The position numbers and the translations under genes were made by a program. The notes under the pieces are model-generated. The model ran no database searches. It saw only the letters and a program-made list of their open reading frames with translations, and was not told where the DNA came from. A DNA stretch of 64,000 nt, from NCBI GenBank assembly GCA_963422735.1, contig OY730476.1, positions 4,224,001-4,288,000 on the forward strand, written 5' to 3'. Positions within the stretch are counted from its first letter, which is position 1. Each line of letters begins with the position of its first letter. Positions 1 through 13,418 of the stretch are shown here, piece after piece. The stretch comes from Candidatus Latescibacterota bacterium. GTDB taxonomy: Bacteria; Latescibacterota; UBA2968; UBA8231.

Positions 1-1
1 C

Positions 2-739
2 TTGTTCAACTCTCTCGAGGCGACTGAAAAGCTCTTTGGCGACGCCACGCTGCGGGTGCGCAGCCACATTGCGCTGGCCGATGGCCGCACGGTTGAACGC
101 GAGCAAGTGTACAGCAGTGGAGTCGCAGTGCTCAGCGCCGTGATAGACGCCGTGCAGCCGGTCAATGTGCTGCTCAGCAATCCCTTTACGGGGCTGGCTT
201 TAGACTCACTGCATTTTGAGTTAGAGATCGGCGAAACCCTAGCGCAAGCCCGCATCACGGGCCTGCGACTGTCGCCGCCGGATCCCAAGGTTGGGCAGCG
301 GGTTTCGCTGCAAGCGACATTGCAACCGTATCGCGCCGCGCCGGTTACAGAGCACATAGAGCTGGATTTGCCTGTGCATCTCGAACCAGGCCCCTTTGTC
401 GTACGCATTGGTAGCGGCGTGGCGAGCAGGAGTTGGGAAGCGGCGCGGCGGCCCGATGCGTTCGTGCCGCGCAATGCCTCCGACTTGCTCGTATTGCTTG
501 AGCGCACGGGTGCCTCCGACGAGTTGGTCGTGGAGGTCTTTCGCGCTGGTCTTGGCTTCACGGTGGAGGGGCGCGAGCTGCCCGGGTTGCCTCCCTCGGC
601 GTTGGCCGTGCTGAGCGCGGATCGCTCGGCTGGGCATCTGGGGCCGGTGCAAGGCGAGGTCGTCCTCCGCCAGATCTTAACTACCGACTACGTTCTCTCC
701 GGCGAGCAAAGCCTCGACATGACATTGAGAAAGCCCTGA
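2..739 (+). CDS. SpoIVB peptidase S55 family protein, C-terminal part (5' truncated by window)
   Basis: ORF open at window edge. Sequence resembles the C-terminal region of S55-domain proteins that usually precede a propeller protein; the catalytic part is not in the window. Confidence 0.55.
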   Translation: MFNSLEATEKLFGDATLRVRSHIALADGRTVEREQVYSSGVAVLSAVIDAVQPVNVLLSNPFTGLALDSLHFELEIGETLAQARITGLRLSPPDPKVGQRVSLQATLQPYRAAPVTEHIELDLPVHLEPGPFVVRIGSGVASRSWEAARRPDAFVPRNASDLLVLLERTGASDELVVEVFRAGLGFTVEGRELPGLPPSALAVLSADRSAGHLGPVQGEVVLRQILTTDYVLSGEQSLDMTLRKP

Positions 740-743
740 TCTA

Positions 744-2774
744 ATGATACGCACTACAACCCGCGCCCTGTTTTCGTGTCTCTTGGTACTGTCGGCGGCT
801 AGCGCGACCAAAGCTGGGCACGCCAAGGCTTGGCAGCAGCACGCGTACGACGATTTCGCCAAAGGCGAGAGCGAAGGCATCTCCATTGCCGCGGACGGTG
901 CGCTGGAGCTAGCGCCCGCGCTGGTCGAGCTAGCATCCTTAGAGGCCGAGCGCGTCTGGTCCATGGCACCCAACCCCAAGGGGGGCCTCTACGTGGGCAC
1001 CGGCGACTCGGGCCGGCTCTTTGCCGTCGATGACAAGGGGCAAGCCGAGTTGTTGTTCGACTCGCCCGAACTCGTCCTCCACGCCCTGCTCACCGGCCCC
1101 GATGGGCGGCTCTATGCTGGCTCGGCCCCCGACGGCCTAATCTACGCGCTCGACGCCAAGGGGCAGGCGGAAACCCTGCTCCAGACCGGCAGCCACTACG
1201 TGTGGGATTTCGCCCTAGTCGACGGCCAGCTCTACGCAGCCACGGGCGAACCCGGCCAAGTACTCAAAATCGCCAAAGATGGGTCGCACGAAGTCTTCTT
1301 TGCACCAGAAGATCGCCACGTTATAACCCTGCTCGCCCACGGCGACCGCTTGTACGCCGGCACGGCCAGCAAGGGCCGCATCTACGAGATTGACGGCGAG
1401 GGGCGCGGGCGTTTGCTCTTTGAAAGCGAGCAAGAAGAAATTCACAACCTAGTGGCAGGCCCCAACGGGGAAATTTTCGCCAGTGCGATTCCCGCGCCGA
1501 GCAAGAACGAAAATTCCCACAAGATCCCGGCGGCCGTGTACCGAATCGGAGTGGAGGGAGCGGTTTATCCCATCTGGGAGGATACCGAAACCCAGTTCGT
1601 CAATCTCGTTGCGGCCGGCGAACGCCTGATGCTTAGCACCTCTAACCCGGCGCGGCTTTTGCGCCTCAGTGCCGATGGCCGCCGTGCGTTGGTTGTGCAA
1701 TTTGAGAGCTTCGTTCCAAGCCACCTCTTCTTCGGGCCAAGCGGTGCGCTTCACTTGGGCGGGTCGCAAAAGGCCGCTGTCTCCATCCTGCCCGGGAAGG
1801 GTCGCCGCAAGGGGCACTTTGAATCAGCGGTCGAGGACTTTGCCATCCACGCGCGGTGGGGTGCGCTCGAATGGCGCGGTATCCAACCGGCAGACACCCG
1901 CCTAGCCGTGCAGACGCGCACCGGCAACAGCGAGGAGCCAGACAAAACTTGGAGCGCGTGGTCCGAGCCGTTGACCGAGAGCGGCCAAACCATCGCCAGC
2001 CCCCCCGCCCGCTTTATCCAGTACCGGGTCGAGATGGAATCCACGCACGAGGGGACCACGCCCCGGCTCAGCTCGATCGAAATCCGCGGCGTCCAAGTCA
2101 ACCTCAAACCCCGCATTACCGAGTTGCAAACCTTTCCCTTCCGGCCGCAACAATCCGGCAACGGCGGCCAACCCCAAGGCGCACCTCAAGCTGGCCAAGG
2201 ACGGCTCAACAATCGCCCACCTCATGCCAAGAGCCTGCGCCTAGTGCGCTGGCAAGCTCAAGACCCCAACGAGGACGGGCTGGTTTACGACCTCTATCTC
2301 AAGGGCGAGGATCAGCGAGCGTGGAAGCTGGTTGAAGAAAACATCGCGCAAACCTCGATCGTCTGGGATACCGAATCCATGCCCGAAGGTCAGACCCAGC
2401 TCAAACTGGTGGCCTCCGATCGCATGGATAATCCAGCGGCCGAACGCCTGCGCGACGAGCGCGAAAGCGCGCCTTTCGCCATCGATAACAGCCCGCCAGC
2501 CATTGAACTCAACGCGCAGACCAGTGCCGATGGTGCCGTCGTCGAAGTGGCGATTAGCGACCGCATCTCAGCGGTGCAAAAAGCCTATTACACCATAGAT
2601 TACGACGAGCAACAATATCCCATTGCGCCGTTGGACGGCGTCTTTGACAGCCGCGGCGAAAAGGCGCGCTTTGCCATCGAAGGGCTGGAGTCGGGCGAGC
2701 ACGTCATTGTCGTGCGGGCCATCGACGCCCTCGACAACATCGGCGTGCGGCAAATCGTCATCCAAGTCAAGTGA
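744..2774 (+). CDS. Secreted beta-propeller repeat protein with C-terminal Ig/FN3-like region
   Basis: Signal peptide; repeated LYxGTG/LYAGS/LYAATG blades; RFIQYRVEM and WDTESMPEG segments. Confidence 0.7.
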   Translation: MIRTTTRALFSCLLVLSAASATKAGHAKAWQQHAYDDFAKGESEGISIAADGALELAPALVELASLEAERVWSMAPNPKGGLYVGTGDSGRLFAVDDKGQAELLFDSPELVLHALLTGPDGRLYAGSAPDGLIYALDAKGQAETLLQTGSHYVWDFALVDGQLYAATGEPGQVLKIAKDGSHEVFFAPEDRHVITLLAHGDRLYAGTASKGRIYEIDGEGRGRLLFESEQEEIHNLVAGPNGEIFASAIPAPSKNENSHKIPAAVYRIGVEGAVYPIWEDTETQFVNLVAAGERLMLSTSNPARLLRLSADGRRALVVQFESFVPSHLFFGPSGALHLGGSQKAAVSILPGKGRRKGHFESAVEDFAIHARWGALEWRGIQPADTRLAVQTRTGNSEEPDKTWSAWSEPLTESGQTIASPPARFIQYRVEMESTHEGTTPRLSSIEIRGVQVNLKPRITELQTFPFRPQQSGNGGQPQGAPQAGQGRLNNRPPHAKSLRLVRWQAQDPNEDGLVYDLYLKGEDQRAWKLVEENIAQTSIVWDTESMPEGQTQLKLVASDRMDNPAAERLRDERESAPFAIDNSPPAIELNAQTSADGAVVEVAISDRISAVQKAYYTIDYDEQQYPIAPLDGVFDSRGEKARFAIEGLESGEHVIVVRAIDALDNIGVRQIVIQVK

Positions 2775-3868
2775 ATAAGCCCGCGCAATACATGCGCCGC
2801 GCCCTGCGGTTAGCGCAGCGAGGGCGCGGTAAGGTCAGCCCCAATCCCATGGTCGGCGCGGTTGTGGTGCGCGGGGGCTGTATCGTCGGCGAAGGGGCTC
2901 ACCTGAAGGTTGGCGGCCTCCACGCCGAGGTCCACGCCCTGCACCGAGCCGGCGACGCGGCGCAGGGGGCCGATCTCTATGTCACGCTGGAGCCTTGCTC
3001 CTTCTTTGGTCGCACCCCGCCCTGTACTGAATCCCTGCTTCGCGCCGGCATTAAAAGGCTCTACTGCGCGATGGAAGATCCCGACGAGCGCGTGGCTGGG
3101 CGGGGGATCGCCGCGCTGCGGGAAAAAGGCGTCGCCATTGACGTCGGGCTTTGCGCTGAAGAGGCGCGCCGCCTCAACGCGGCCTACATCAAACACCGTA
3201 CCCAAAACCTGCCCCTAGTCCTGCTCAAGCTGGCGCAGACCCTCGACGGTCGCATTGCGGCGCGCAGCGGCGATGCGCGTTGGATTACCGGTGCCCAAGC
3301 GCGGCGCCACGTTCATCGCTGGCGCTCTTGGGTCGATGCCGTGGCCGTAGGCGCGGGCACAGTGCAAGCCGACGATCCCCTCCTGACGGTGCGCCACGTG
3401 CCCGGGCGCGATCCGCGGCCCATCGTCATAGACGGGCGCTTGCGCACTTCGCCCGAGGCTCGCGTCTATCAGCGGTCCGGTGCCGTGCTCGTCACTGCAG
3501 AGGACGCGTCCGCCGACAAGTGCCGAGCCTACGAGGCCAAAGGTGCCGAGGTTTGGACTTTTCCGGCGTCTGCCGGGCGCATCGACTTGCGCCAGCCCCT
3601 TGGGCGGATGGCGCGAGAGGGCATGACTAGCGTCCTCATCGAAGGCGGTGGCCAGTTGGCCGCTGCCGCACTCGGTGACCGCGTCGTTGACCAAGTCCTG
3701 CTCTACCTCGCACCGCGGCTGATGGGCGAGGGAGTCGCTGCCATTGGCGACCTAGGAGTCGAACGCGCGGCCGAGGCCATTCACCTCGCGTCCAGCCGCA
3801 CCCAGCGGCTAGGTCCCGATCTGCTCTATACGGCTGAGGTACAATACACTTGTTCACCGGACTCATAG
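2771..3868 (+). CDS. ribD: Riboflavin biosynthesis deaminase/reductase RibD
   Basis: PNPMVGAV, HAE, TLEPC..GRTPPC, LDGRIA and EGG motifs. Confidence 0.97.
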   Translation: MNKPAQYMRRALRLAQRGRGKVSPNPMVGAVVVRGGCIVGEGAHLKVGGLHAEVHALHRAGDAAQGADLYVTLEPCSFFGRTPPCTESLLRAGIKRLYCAMEDPDERVAGRGIAALREKGVAIDVGLCAEEARRLNAAYIKHRTQNLPLVLLKLAQTLDGRIAARSGDARWITGAQARRHVHRWRSWVDAVAVGAGTVQADDPLLTVRHVPGRDPRPIVIDGRLRTSPEARVYQRSGAVLVTAEDASADKCRAYEAKGAEVWTFPASAGRIDLRQPLGRMAREGMTSVLIEGGGQLAAAALGDRVVDQVLLYLAPRLMGEGVAAIGDLGVERAAEAIHLASSRTQRLGPDLLYTAEVQYTCSPDS

Positions 3869-4479
3869 AAGAGCTCGGGAGCGTGCGCGGCCGCGTGCGC
3901 CGGGGTGCGTTTCAGCAGTTAGAGATCGAGGCCGAGCGCGTTCTCGCCGGCTTGCAGGTGGGGGACAGCATCAATATCAACGGAGTTTGCCAGACCGCCG
4001 TGGCCATAGGAGCGAGCGGCTTTGTGGTCGAGACGGTCGCCGAAACGCTCGCCCGCACGACCTTGGGCACCCTCGGCATCGGGCAAGCGGTCAACCTAGA
4101 GTGCGCCCTTCGCGCCGACCAGAGGCTCGGTGGCCACCTCGTCTTGGGGCACGTCGATGGCGTCGCCCACATTTGCCGGCGCACTGAGCGCGACGGGGAG
4201 CATCGCTTCGAAATCGAGCCGCCGCCCGCGCTCGCCCGCTACATCGCCGTCAAAGGCTCGGTGGCTCTCGACGGCATCAGCCTGACGGTGGCCGAGATAA
4301 GCGGCGATGCCTTTACGATTGCGGCCATACCACATACATTTGACAACACAACGCTTAGCCATCGGCGCGCCGGTGATTCTGTCAACCTCGAAGTCGATGT
4401 GATCGCCCGTTATGTCGAGCGTTTGCTCGGCGAGGAACCCCAGCTCAGCTTCGAGGATTTGCGCGATATGGGATACTGA
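3850..4479 (+). CDS. ribE: Riboflavin synthase (alpha chain)
   Basis: MFTGLIEE N-terminus (TTG start), GGHLVLGHVD, KGSVALDGISLTV. Confidence 0.96.
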   Translation: MFTGLIEELGSVRGRVRRGAFQQLEIEAERVLAGLQVGDSININGVCQTAVAIGASGFVVETVAETLARTTLGTLGIGQAVNLECALRADQRLGGHLVLGHVDGVAHICRRTERDGEHRFEIEPPPALARYIAVKGSVALDGISLTVAEISGDAFTIAAIPHTFDNTTLSHRRAGDSVNLEVDVIARYVERLLGEEPQLSFEDLRDMGY

Positions 4480-4482
4480 GCA

Positions 4483-5730
4483 ATGCTCGATTTCAATACC
4501 ATTGAAGAAGTCGTCGAGGACCTGCAAAACGGCCGAATGATCGTGCTCGTTGACGAGTGCGAAGCCGTGGGCGAGGGCATGCTGGTAATGCTCGCCGAGC
4601 GGGCCACTGCCGCCTCGGTCAACTTCATGACGCGCTGTGCCAGCAGTCCGCCCGTGGTCGCCGCCGCCAGGAAGCACCTCAAAGCCCTCGAACTACATAT
4701 GCAGGTCTCCAAGGCCCACGAGCCGATGGACGCCTCAATCATGGTCTCGGTCAATGCCCGCGCCATTGAGGGCACCGGCGTTTCGGCTCAGGATCGCGCC
4801 GCGACTATCTGCAAACTAACCGACCCTGACAGCGTACCAGAAGACTTCGTCCAGCCCGGGCACGTCACGCCGCTCCAAGCCCAACCGGGCGGAGTGTTGC
4901 GCCGCGCCGGCCACACCGAAGCCTCGGTCGATTTGGCGCAGATGGCCGTTTGCCAGCCCGTGGCCTTGATCGCCGCCATCCTCGACGAAGCGGGCGCGCT
5001 GGCCGACGCATCCTACTTGCTCAATTTCGCACGCGAACACGACTTCAAGATTACCACCATCCACGACCTGATTGCCCATCGCCGACGCACCGAGAAATTG
5101 ATTCATCTGGAGGCTCAGTCGCCCATGCCAACCCGCTACGGCGAATTCACGGCCTATGCGTACCGCAGCTTGGTTGACGACAACCCATACCTCGCCCTCG
5201 TGTACGGCGAGGTCTCCGACGGCCGCGACACCTTGGTGCGCATGCACTCGGGTTGTCTGACCGGCGACGCGCTTGGCTCGCTGCTGTGCGACTGCGGCGA
5301 ACAGCTAGCACAATCCATGCAGCTCATTGCCGCAGAGGGACGCGGCGTTATCGTCTATATTCAGCACCACGAAGGGCGCGGTATCGGCATCTTGCACAAG
5401 CTCAAGGCATACGAACTGCAACAGCAGCAGGGCCTCGACACCATTGAGGCCAACCACGCCCTCGGCCACCCCATGGATTCGCGCGACTACGGCATCGGTG
5501 CTCAAGTGCTCTACGATCTAGGGTTGCGCCGAGTGCGTTTTTTGACCAACAATCCCCAAAAGCGGGTCGGCTTGGAGGCCTACGGCCTGACCGTCGTCGA
5601 GCAAGTGCCCATTGAGGCCGCTCCCAACCCGCACAATATCCGCTATCTGACAACCAAGCGCGACAAGATGGGCCACGCCCTTTTGCTCAAACGCGCAGCC
5701 GAGGACGAAAACCATGCCAAGAGTGCATGA
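4483..5730 (+). CDS. ribBA: RibBA fusion: degenerate DHBP synthase domain plus GTP cyclohydrolase II
   Basis: RAGHTEA, HSGCLTGD..GSLLCDC, EGRGIG, RDYGIGAQ and TNNP motifs; located in the rib operon. Confidence 0.93.
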   Translation: MLDFNTIEEVVEDLQNGRMIVLVDECEAVGEGMLVMLAERATAASVNFMTRCASSPPVVAAARKHLKALELHMQVSKAHEPMDASIMVSVNARAIEGTGVSAQDRAATICKLTDPDSVPEDFVQPGHVTPLQAQPGGVLRRAGHTEASVDLAQMAVCQPVALIAAILDEAGALADASYLLNFAREHDFKITTIHDLIAHRRRTEKLIHLEAQSPMPTRYGEFTAYAYRSLVDDNPYLALVYGEVSDGRDTLVRMHSGCLTGDALGSLLCDCGEQLAQSMQLIAAEGRGVIVYIQHHEGRGIGILHKLKAYELQQQQGLDTIEANHALGHPMDSRDYGIGAQVLYDLGLRRVRFLTNNPQKRVGLEAYGLTVVEQVPIEAAPNPHNIRYLTTKRDKMGHALLLKRAAEDENHAKSA

Positions 5731-6181
5731 AGGACAGCTCGACGCCCGAGGCCGCAAGTTTGGCATTGCGGTCAGCCGCTTCAACGACTTGGTGACCACC
5801 CGGCTCCTAGACGGCGCGTTGGACTGCATCCAGCGACACGGCGGCGACGATAGTAACATAGAGATTGCTTGGGTCCCCGGAGCCTTTGAACTGCCCATTG
5901 TCGCCAAGAAGCTAGCGAGCACGAGTCGCTTTGACGTCGTCATTTGCCTAGGGGCTATCGTCCGCAGCGACACCCCCCACTTCGATTACGTGGCCGCTGA
6001 GTCGGCCAAGGGTATTGCCCGCGTTGGTCTCGACAGCGGCATCCCGGTGATCTTTGGCGTCATCACCGCCGACACGGTCGAGCAAGCCGTGCAGCGCGCG
6101 GGCGTTAAGGCCGGCAATCGCGGCTGGGACGCCGCCCTTAACGCGGTTGAAATGGCCAGCTTGATGGCCGAGTTAGGATGA
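5714..6181 (+). CDS. ribH: 6,7-dimethyl-8-ribityllumazine synthase
   Basis: SRFN, VPGAFELP, TPHFDYV and PVIFGV motifs. Confidence 0.97.
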   Translation: MPRVHEGQLDARGRKFGIAVSRFNDLVTTRLLDGALDCIQRHGGDDSNIEIAWVPGAFELPIVAKKLASTSRFDVVICLGAIVRSDTPHFDYVAAESAKGIARVGLDSGIPVIFGVITADTVEQAVQRAGVKAGNRGWDAALNAVEMASLMAELG

Positions 6182-6645
6182 GCGGCGAGGACGATTTTTT
6201 TGGCGATGAGACCTCGGCCGACGAGGCACCTCCCAACAACCGCCACGGTGCCCGCCAAGTGGCCTTGCAGGCCCTGTACTGGGAGCAGAGTGCGGCGACC
6301 GACTCACTCTGCGCTTTGGATCAGCTCTGTGCGCGCTTTGGCTTGGCACAAGAGGTGCAATCCTTTGCGACCGAACTCTTGCATTGTGCAGGTGAGCATG
6401 CGGACGAATTGGACGCGCTGGCCGCGGCCCGGGTCCAACACTGGCGCTGGGAGCGCATCGCCCGCATCGATCGCTTAATCCTGCGCTTGGCCTTGGCCGA
6501 GATGCTCTTTATTGAGGAAATTCCAGTCCGGGTCTCCATCTTTGAAGCCGTCGAATTGGCCAAATCCTACAGCACCGACAAGTCCTATGCCTTTGTCAAT
6601 GGTGTCCTCGACGGCATTGTGCACCAGAAGGGGCTCGGCGTCTGA
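6178..6645 (+). CDS. nusB: Transcription antitermination factor NusB
   Basis: ARQVALQALY, IDRLILRLA, EAVELAK, FVNGVLD; follows ribH. Confidence 0.96.
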   Translation: MSGEDDFFGDETSADEAPPNNRHGARQVALQALYWEQSAATDSLCALDQLCARFGLAQEVQSFATELLHCAGEHADELDALAAARVQHWRWERIARIDRLILRLALAEMLFIEEIPVRVSIFEAVELAKSYSTDKSYAFVNGVLDGIVHQKGLGV

Positions 6646-6746
6646 GTTAAACATGCGTAGAGGGCCCGGCGTCAGTCCGCACGCATGCTTACAAACCAAT
6701 ATCGCAGCCGATCTATCTTTATGGTACTAGTGTAAGAGGATTTAGT

Positions 6747-10007
<3,261 letters not shown>

Positions 10008-10009
10008 GC

Positions 10010-11488
10010 TTGGAAAGCGACATGACCTTCTGGGAAGTACTCTGTCTGGTGGTGTACGGCATCATCATCGCCGTTTTAGGCGTTTACGGCTTTCACCGCT
10101 ACCAGCTACTGCGCCTGTTCTATCGGCATTACCCAACCCCGGTTCCCCAGCCCGACCGCTTTGCCGAGCTGCCCTCCGTCACGATCCAGCTACCTCTCTA
10201 CAACGAATATCACGTGGTTGAGCGCCTGCTAGAGGCCGTGAGCCGGATCGATTATCCCCGCGACCGTCTGCAAATCCAGATCCTCGACGATTCGCAGGAC
10301 GAGACCCGCGACAAGGCGCGGGAAGGGGCTGCGCGGCTGGCGGCCCAGAAGCTAGATGTCGAGTACATGGGTCGGACCCAGCGCCACGGCTTTAAGGCCG
10401 GGGCGCTGGCGGCTGGGCTAGAGCGTGCCCAAGGCGAATTCGCGCTGGTCCTCGACGCTGATTTCGTGCCCCCTCCCGACATCTTACAACGGGCTATTCA
10501 CTACTTTACCGACGATGCCATCGGCATGGTGCAGATGCGTTGGGGGCACCTCAACCGCTCCTATTCGCTCCTGACGCGCATCCAGTCGATCTTTCTCGAC
10601 GGTCACTTCGTCGTCGAGCACACGGCCCGCAATCGTTCGGGCCGCTTCTTCAACTTCAACGGCACCGCGGGGATCTGGCGCAAAAAGGCCATCTACGACG
10701 CCGGTGGCTGGCAGCACGACACGCTCACCGAAGACCTCGACTTGAGCTACCGCGCTCAATTAGCGGGCTGGCAGTTTCTCTATCTGCCCGAAATTGAAGT
10801 GCCCGGCGAGATACCGGTCGAGATCAATGCCTTCAAGTTGCAACAACATCGCTGGACCAAGGGCGCGGTGCAGACGGCGAAAAAAGTGCTGCCGCGGATC
10901 TGGCGCTCTGCGCTACCAGCCAAGGTCAAGGTCGAGGCCACCTTCCATCTGACGGCCAACCTCTGCTACATTATGATGTTCTTGATGGCCCTGTTGACCG
11001 TTCCGGTGCTTTCTATTCGCTCTCAACTCGGCTGGGAGCGACTCTTTATCATTGACCTGCCGCTGTTTTCTTTTGCCACCATGGCCATTTCCGGCTTCTA
11101 CATTACCTCCCAGCGCGTGCTCTACCCGGATTGGCGGCGGCAGATCAAGTATTTGCCCGTGCTGATGGCCGTTGGTATGAGCCTCTGCATCAACAATACC
11201 CGGGCGGTGATCGAGGGCCTCGTCGGGTACCAAACCGATTTTCTTCGGACCCCCAAATACGGGTTTACCGGACGCCGAGACCAAGGCCAGCGGCGCAAGT
11301 ACCTAAGCCGCTGGCCTTTGCTGTCCTTGGGCGAACTGGGCATGGCTCTCTACTTCGTCGTCGCTCTCTACCACGCCTATGCGACCGGCCTCTACTTGGG
11401 GATGCCCTTCCTGCTGCTCTTCCACGCCGGCTTTCTCTACACCGGCTTGCTCTCTAGCAGCCAGCACTGGTTGCACCGAGTGCTTTAG
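10010..11488 (+). CDS. Family 2 glycosyltransferase (cellulose-synthase-like, membrane)
   Basis: KAG, DAD, TED and QQHRW (QxxRW) motifs; N- and C-terminal TM helices. Start may be the ATG at 10022. Confidence 0.9.
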   Translation: MESDMTFWEVLCLVVYGIIIAVLGVYGFHRYQLLRLFYRHYPTPVPQPDRFAELPSVTIQLPLYNEYHVVERLLEAVSRIDYPRDRLQIQILDDSQDETRDKAREGAARLAAQKLDVEYMGRTQRHGFKAGALAAGLERAQGEFALVLDADFVPPPDILQRAIHYFTDDAIGMVQMRWGHLNRSYSLLTRIQSIFLDGHFVVEHTARNRSGRFFNFNGTAGIWRKKAIYDAGGWQHDTLTEDLDLSYRAQLAGWQFLYLPEIEVPGEIPVEINAFKLQQHRWTKGAVQTAKKVLPRIWRSALPAKVKVEATFHLTANLCYIMMFLMALLTVPVLSIRSQLGWERLFIIDLPLFSFATMAISGFYITSQRVLYPDWRRQIKYLPVLMAVGMSLCINNTRAVIEGLVGYQTDFLRTPKYGFTGRRDQGQRRKYLSRWPLLSLGELGMALYFVVALYHAYATGLYLGMPFLLLFHAGFLYTGLLSSSQHWLHRVL

Positions 11489-11494
11489 AACGCC

Positions 11495-11526
11495 AAAAAG
11501 CCCCCGGCCGCTCGGGCCGGGGGCTT
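11495..11526 (-). terminator. Intrinsic terminator between convergent genes
   Basis: AAGCCCCCGGCC / GGCCGGGGGCTT inverted repeat with an A-run on the left, i.e. a U-tail on the minus strand. Confidence 0.8.
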
Positions 11527-11552
11527 GGCTCGCTTGAATCTCGTCTGGATTA

Positions 11553-12023
11553 CTAGGGCCACTCCAGCGGAAAATCCGGCAATTTATGGCGAGACCACAA
11601 GACGTTCATGCCATTGTGGTGCCGCTTGGTGAATTTCTCGATGTGGCGCACACCGATGTCCACGTTGCTCTTTTCGCGCCGCATTTCGCGCCCCTTGTCT
11701 CCTGACAACTCAATAGCCTGTGCAACCTTGTCGACATAGAGGTTGTGGGTCACGCGCAGTTCGCGGTATGTGAGGTCTCGGGGAAAGGCCTGCAGTTGCG
11801 CCACATAGTCGTTGATGAGCTGACGCGCCTTGGCTAGATCCTCCTTGGAGATCTCGCTGATCGGCTTTCTCAGATGCTCAATAGTATCGACAATCTGTCG
11901 GTTTTTGTCGTCCAGCTCCTTCAACTTCATCACATACTCGACGAGCATTTGCTTGTCTTCCTCCTCGGTCCCACACCCGACTAGGCCAAGCGCCAGCACC
12001 AACACAGCCAGTTTCCTCGACAT
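11553..12023 (-). CDS. Hypothetical helical lipoprotein
   Basis: GGAGG RBS before ATG at 12023; lipobox LVGC in MSRKLAVLVLALGLVGC. Confidence 0.75.
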   Translation of the reverse strand: MSRKLAVLVLALGLVGCGTEEEDKQMLVEYVMKLKELDDKNRQIVDTIEHLRKPISEISKEDLAKARQLINDYVAQLQAFPRDLTYRELRVTHNLYVDKVAQAIELSGDKGREMRREKSNVDIGVRHIEKFTKRHHNGMNVLWSRHKLPDFPLEWP

Positions 12024-12118
12024 ATAGACCTCCCTTATAGGGGTAAGATTGTCTGTTTCGTCGGCCTCAAAATACACCGCAGAGAGACGAAAATCAAGCA
12101 CTCTCTACGCCGAACCTA

Positions 12119-12147
12119 TTGACGGGGCTTATGTGCGCTCATAATAT
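12119..12147 (+). promoter_or_regulatory. Putative sigma-70 promoter of purC
   Basis: TTGACG-17 nt-TAATAT. Confidence 0.45.
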
Positions 12148-12190
12148 CAATTTTTCGCATCTTACGCTCTTACTTGAGGACATCTATTCC

Positions 12191-13159
12191 ATGGTAACTC
12201 GCGAACAGATCCAATCCCAGCTCGACAACTGCCTGCTAGAGGCCAAATTCCCCCAGTGGGAGTCGCGCTATAAGCGCGGCAAGGTGCGCGATATGTACTT
12301 GCTCGAAAACCATCGCGTGCTGATCACTACGGATCGTCAGAGCGCGTTTGACCACGTGCTCGGCACCATTCCCCTCAAGGGCCAAGTACTCAACCGCATC
12401 GCCCAGTACTGGTTTGAGCAGACCCAAGACATCGCCCCCAATCAAGTCATCTCGGTGCCCGACGCCAATGTCACCGTCGCCCGAGAGCTGGGCATACTGC
12501 CCATCGAGGTAGTGGTGCGCAAGTATCTGACCGGTAGTTCAGACACCGCCATCTGGACCCATTACAACAGAGGTGTGCGCCACTATTGCGGCCACACGTT
12601 GCCCGACGGCATGGTCAAAAACCAGCCCTTCAACGAGGCGATCATTACGCCGACGACCAAGGACGAAGTCCACGACGAGCTGATTTCGTGCAACGAGATC
12701 ATCGCCCAAGGCCTGGTGCCAGAAGACATCTGGACCCAAGTCGAAGAGATCGCCCTCGCGCTCTTTGCTCGCGGCGAGGAGTTAGCGGCCAAGCAAGGAT
12801 TAATCCTAGTGGATACCAAATATGAGATGGGGCTAGACGCGGACGGGCGCATCACACTCGCCGACGAGATCCACACGCCCGACTCGTCGCGTTTCTGGAT
12901 CAGAGATACCTACGCGGAACGCCATGCTCGCGGCGCAGAGCCCGAAAGCCTCGACAAGGAATTTTTGCGCCTTTGGCTCCGCGACAAGGGCATTTCCGAC
13001 GACAATGTCCCCGCACTTGACGACGAAATTCGCATCCAAGTTGCCGAGCGCTATATCGACCTTTTCCAACGGGTTACAGGTACTGGCTTCGAAGCCGAAC
13101 TCGGCGCAACGCCCGTCTTGCAGCGCATCGAGGAGCGGATTTCGGAGTACCTCGACTAA
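12191..13159 (+). CDS. purC: SAICAR synthetase
   Basis: GKVRD, TDRQSAFD, LVDTKYEMG, DEIHTPDSSRFW and DKEFLR motifs. Confidence 0.96.
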   Translation: MVTREQIQSQLDNCLLEAKFPQWESRYKRGKVRDMYLLENHRVLITTDRQSAFDHVLGTIPLKGQVLNRIAQYWFEQTQDIAPNQVISVPDANVTVARELGILPIEVVVRKYLTGSSDTAIWTHYNRGVRHYCGHTLPDGMVKNQPFNEAIITPTTKDEVHDELISCNEIIAQGLVPEDIWTQVEEIALALFARGEELAAKQGLILVDTKYEMGLDADGRITLADEIHTPDSSRFWIRDTYAERHARGAEPESLDKEFLRLWLRDKGISDDNVPALDDEIRIQVAERYIDLFQRVTGTGFEAELGATPVLQRIEERISEYLD

Positions 13160-13232
13160 GGTGCGGAATTTGCGCTGGTGATCTTTAGGAGTTTCGCCCC
13201 TCTTCCGGGAATGAAGCAACGATTAGAGAGTT

Positions 13233-13418
13233 ATGGTCAAAAACTTGCTCCGCGCCTTTTTGGTCTTTCGCCTAGAGTTTCACCAGCCCCCCCTCAATTT
13301 AGAGGCCATGTTGAGCTATTGGCGGCGCGCGCCCATCGTCCAGTACGTGGTTGAAAACGACGGCGAACAGCGCAGCATTGTGCTTAAGCGCAGGCTCGAC
13401 GAGGTCTATCCCTTCTAA
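13233..13418 (+). CDS. Small hypothetical protein
   Basis: Stop overlaps the next start (TAATG); start uncertain (13233 or 13308). Confidence 0.35.
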   Translation: MVKNLLRAFLVFRLEFHQPPLNLEAMLSYWRRAPIVQYVVENDGEQRSIVLKRRLDEVYPF

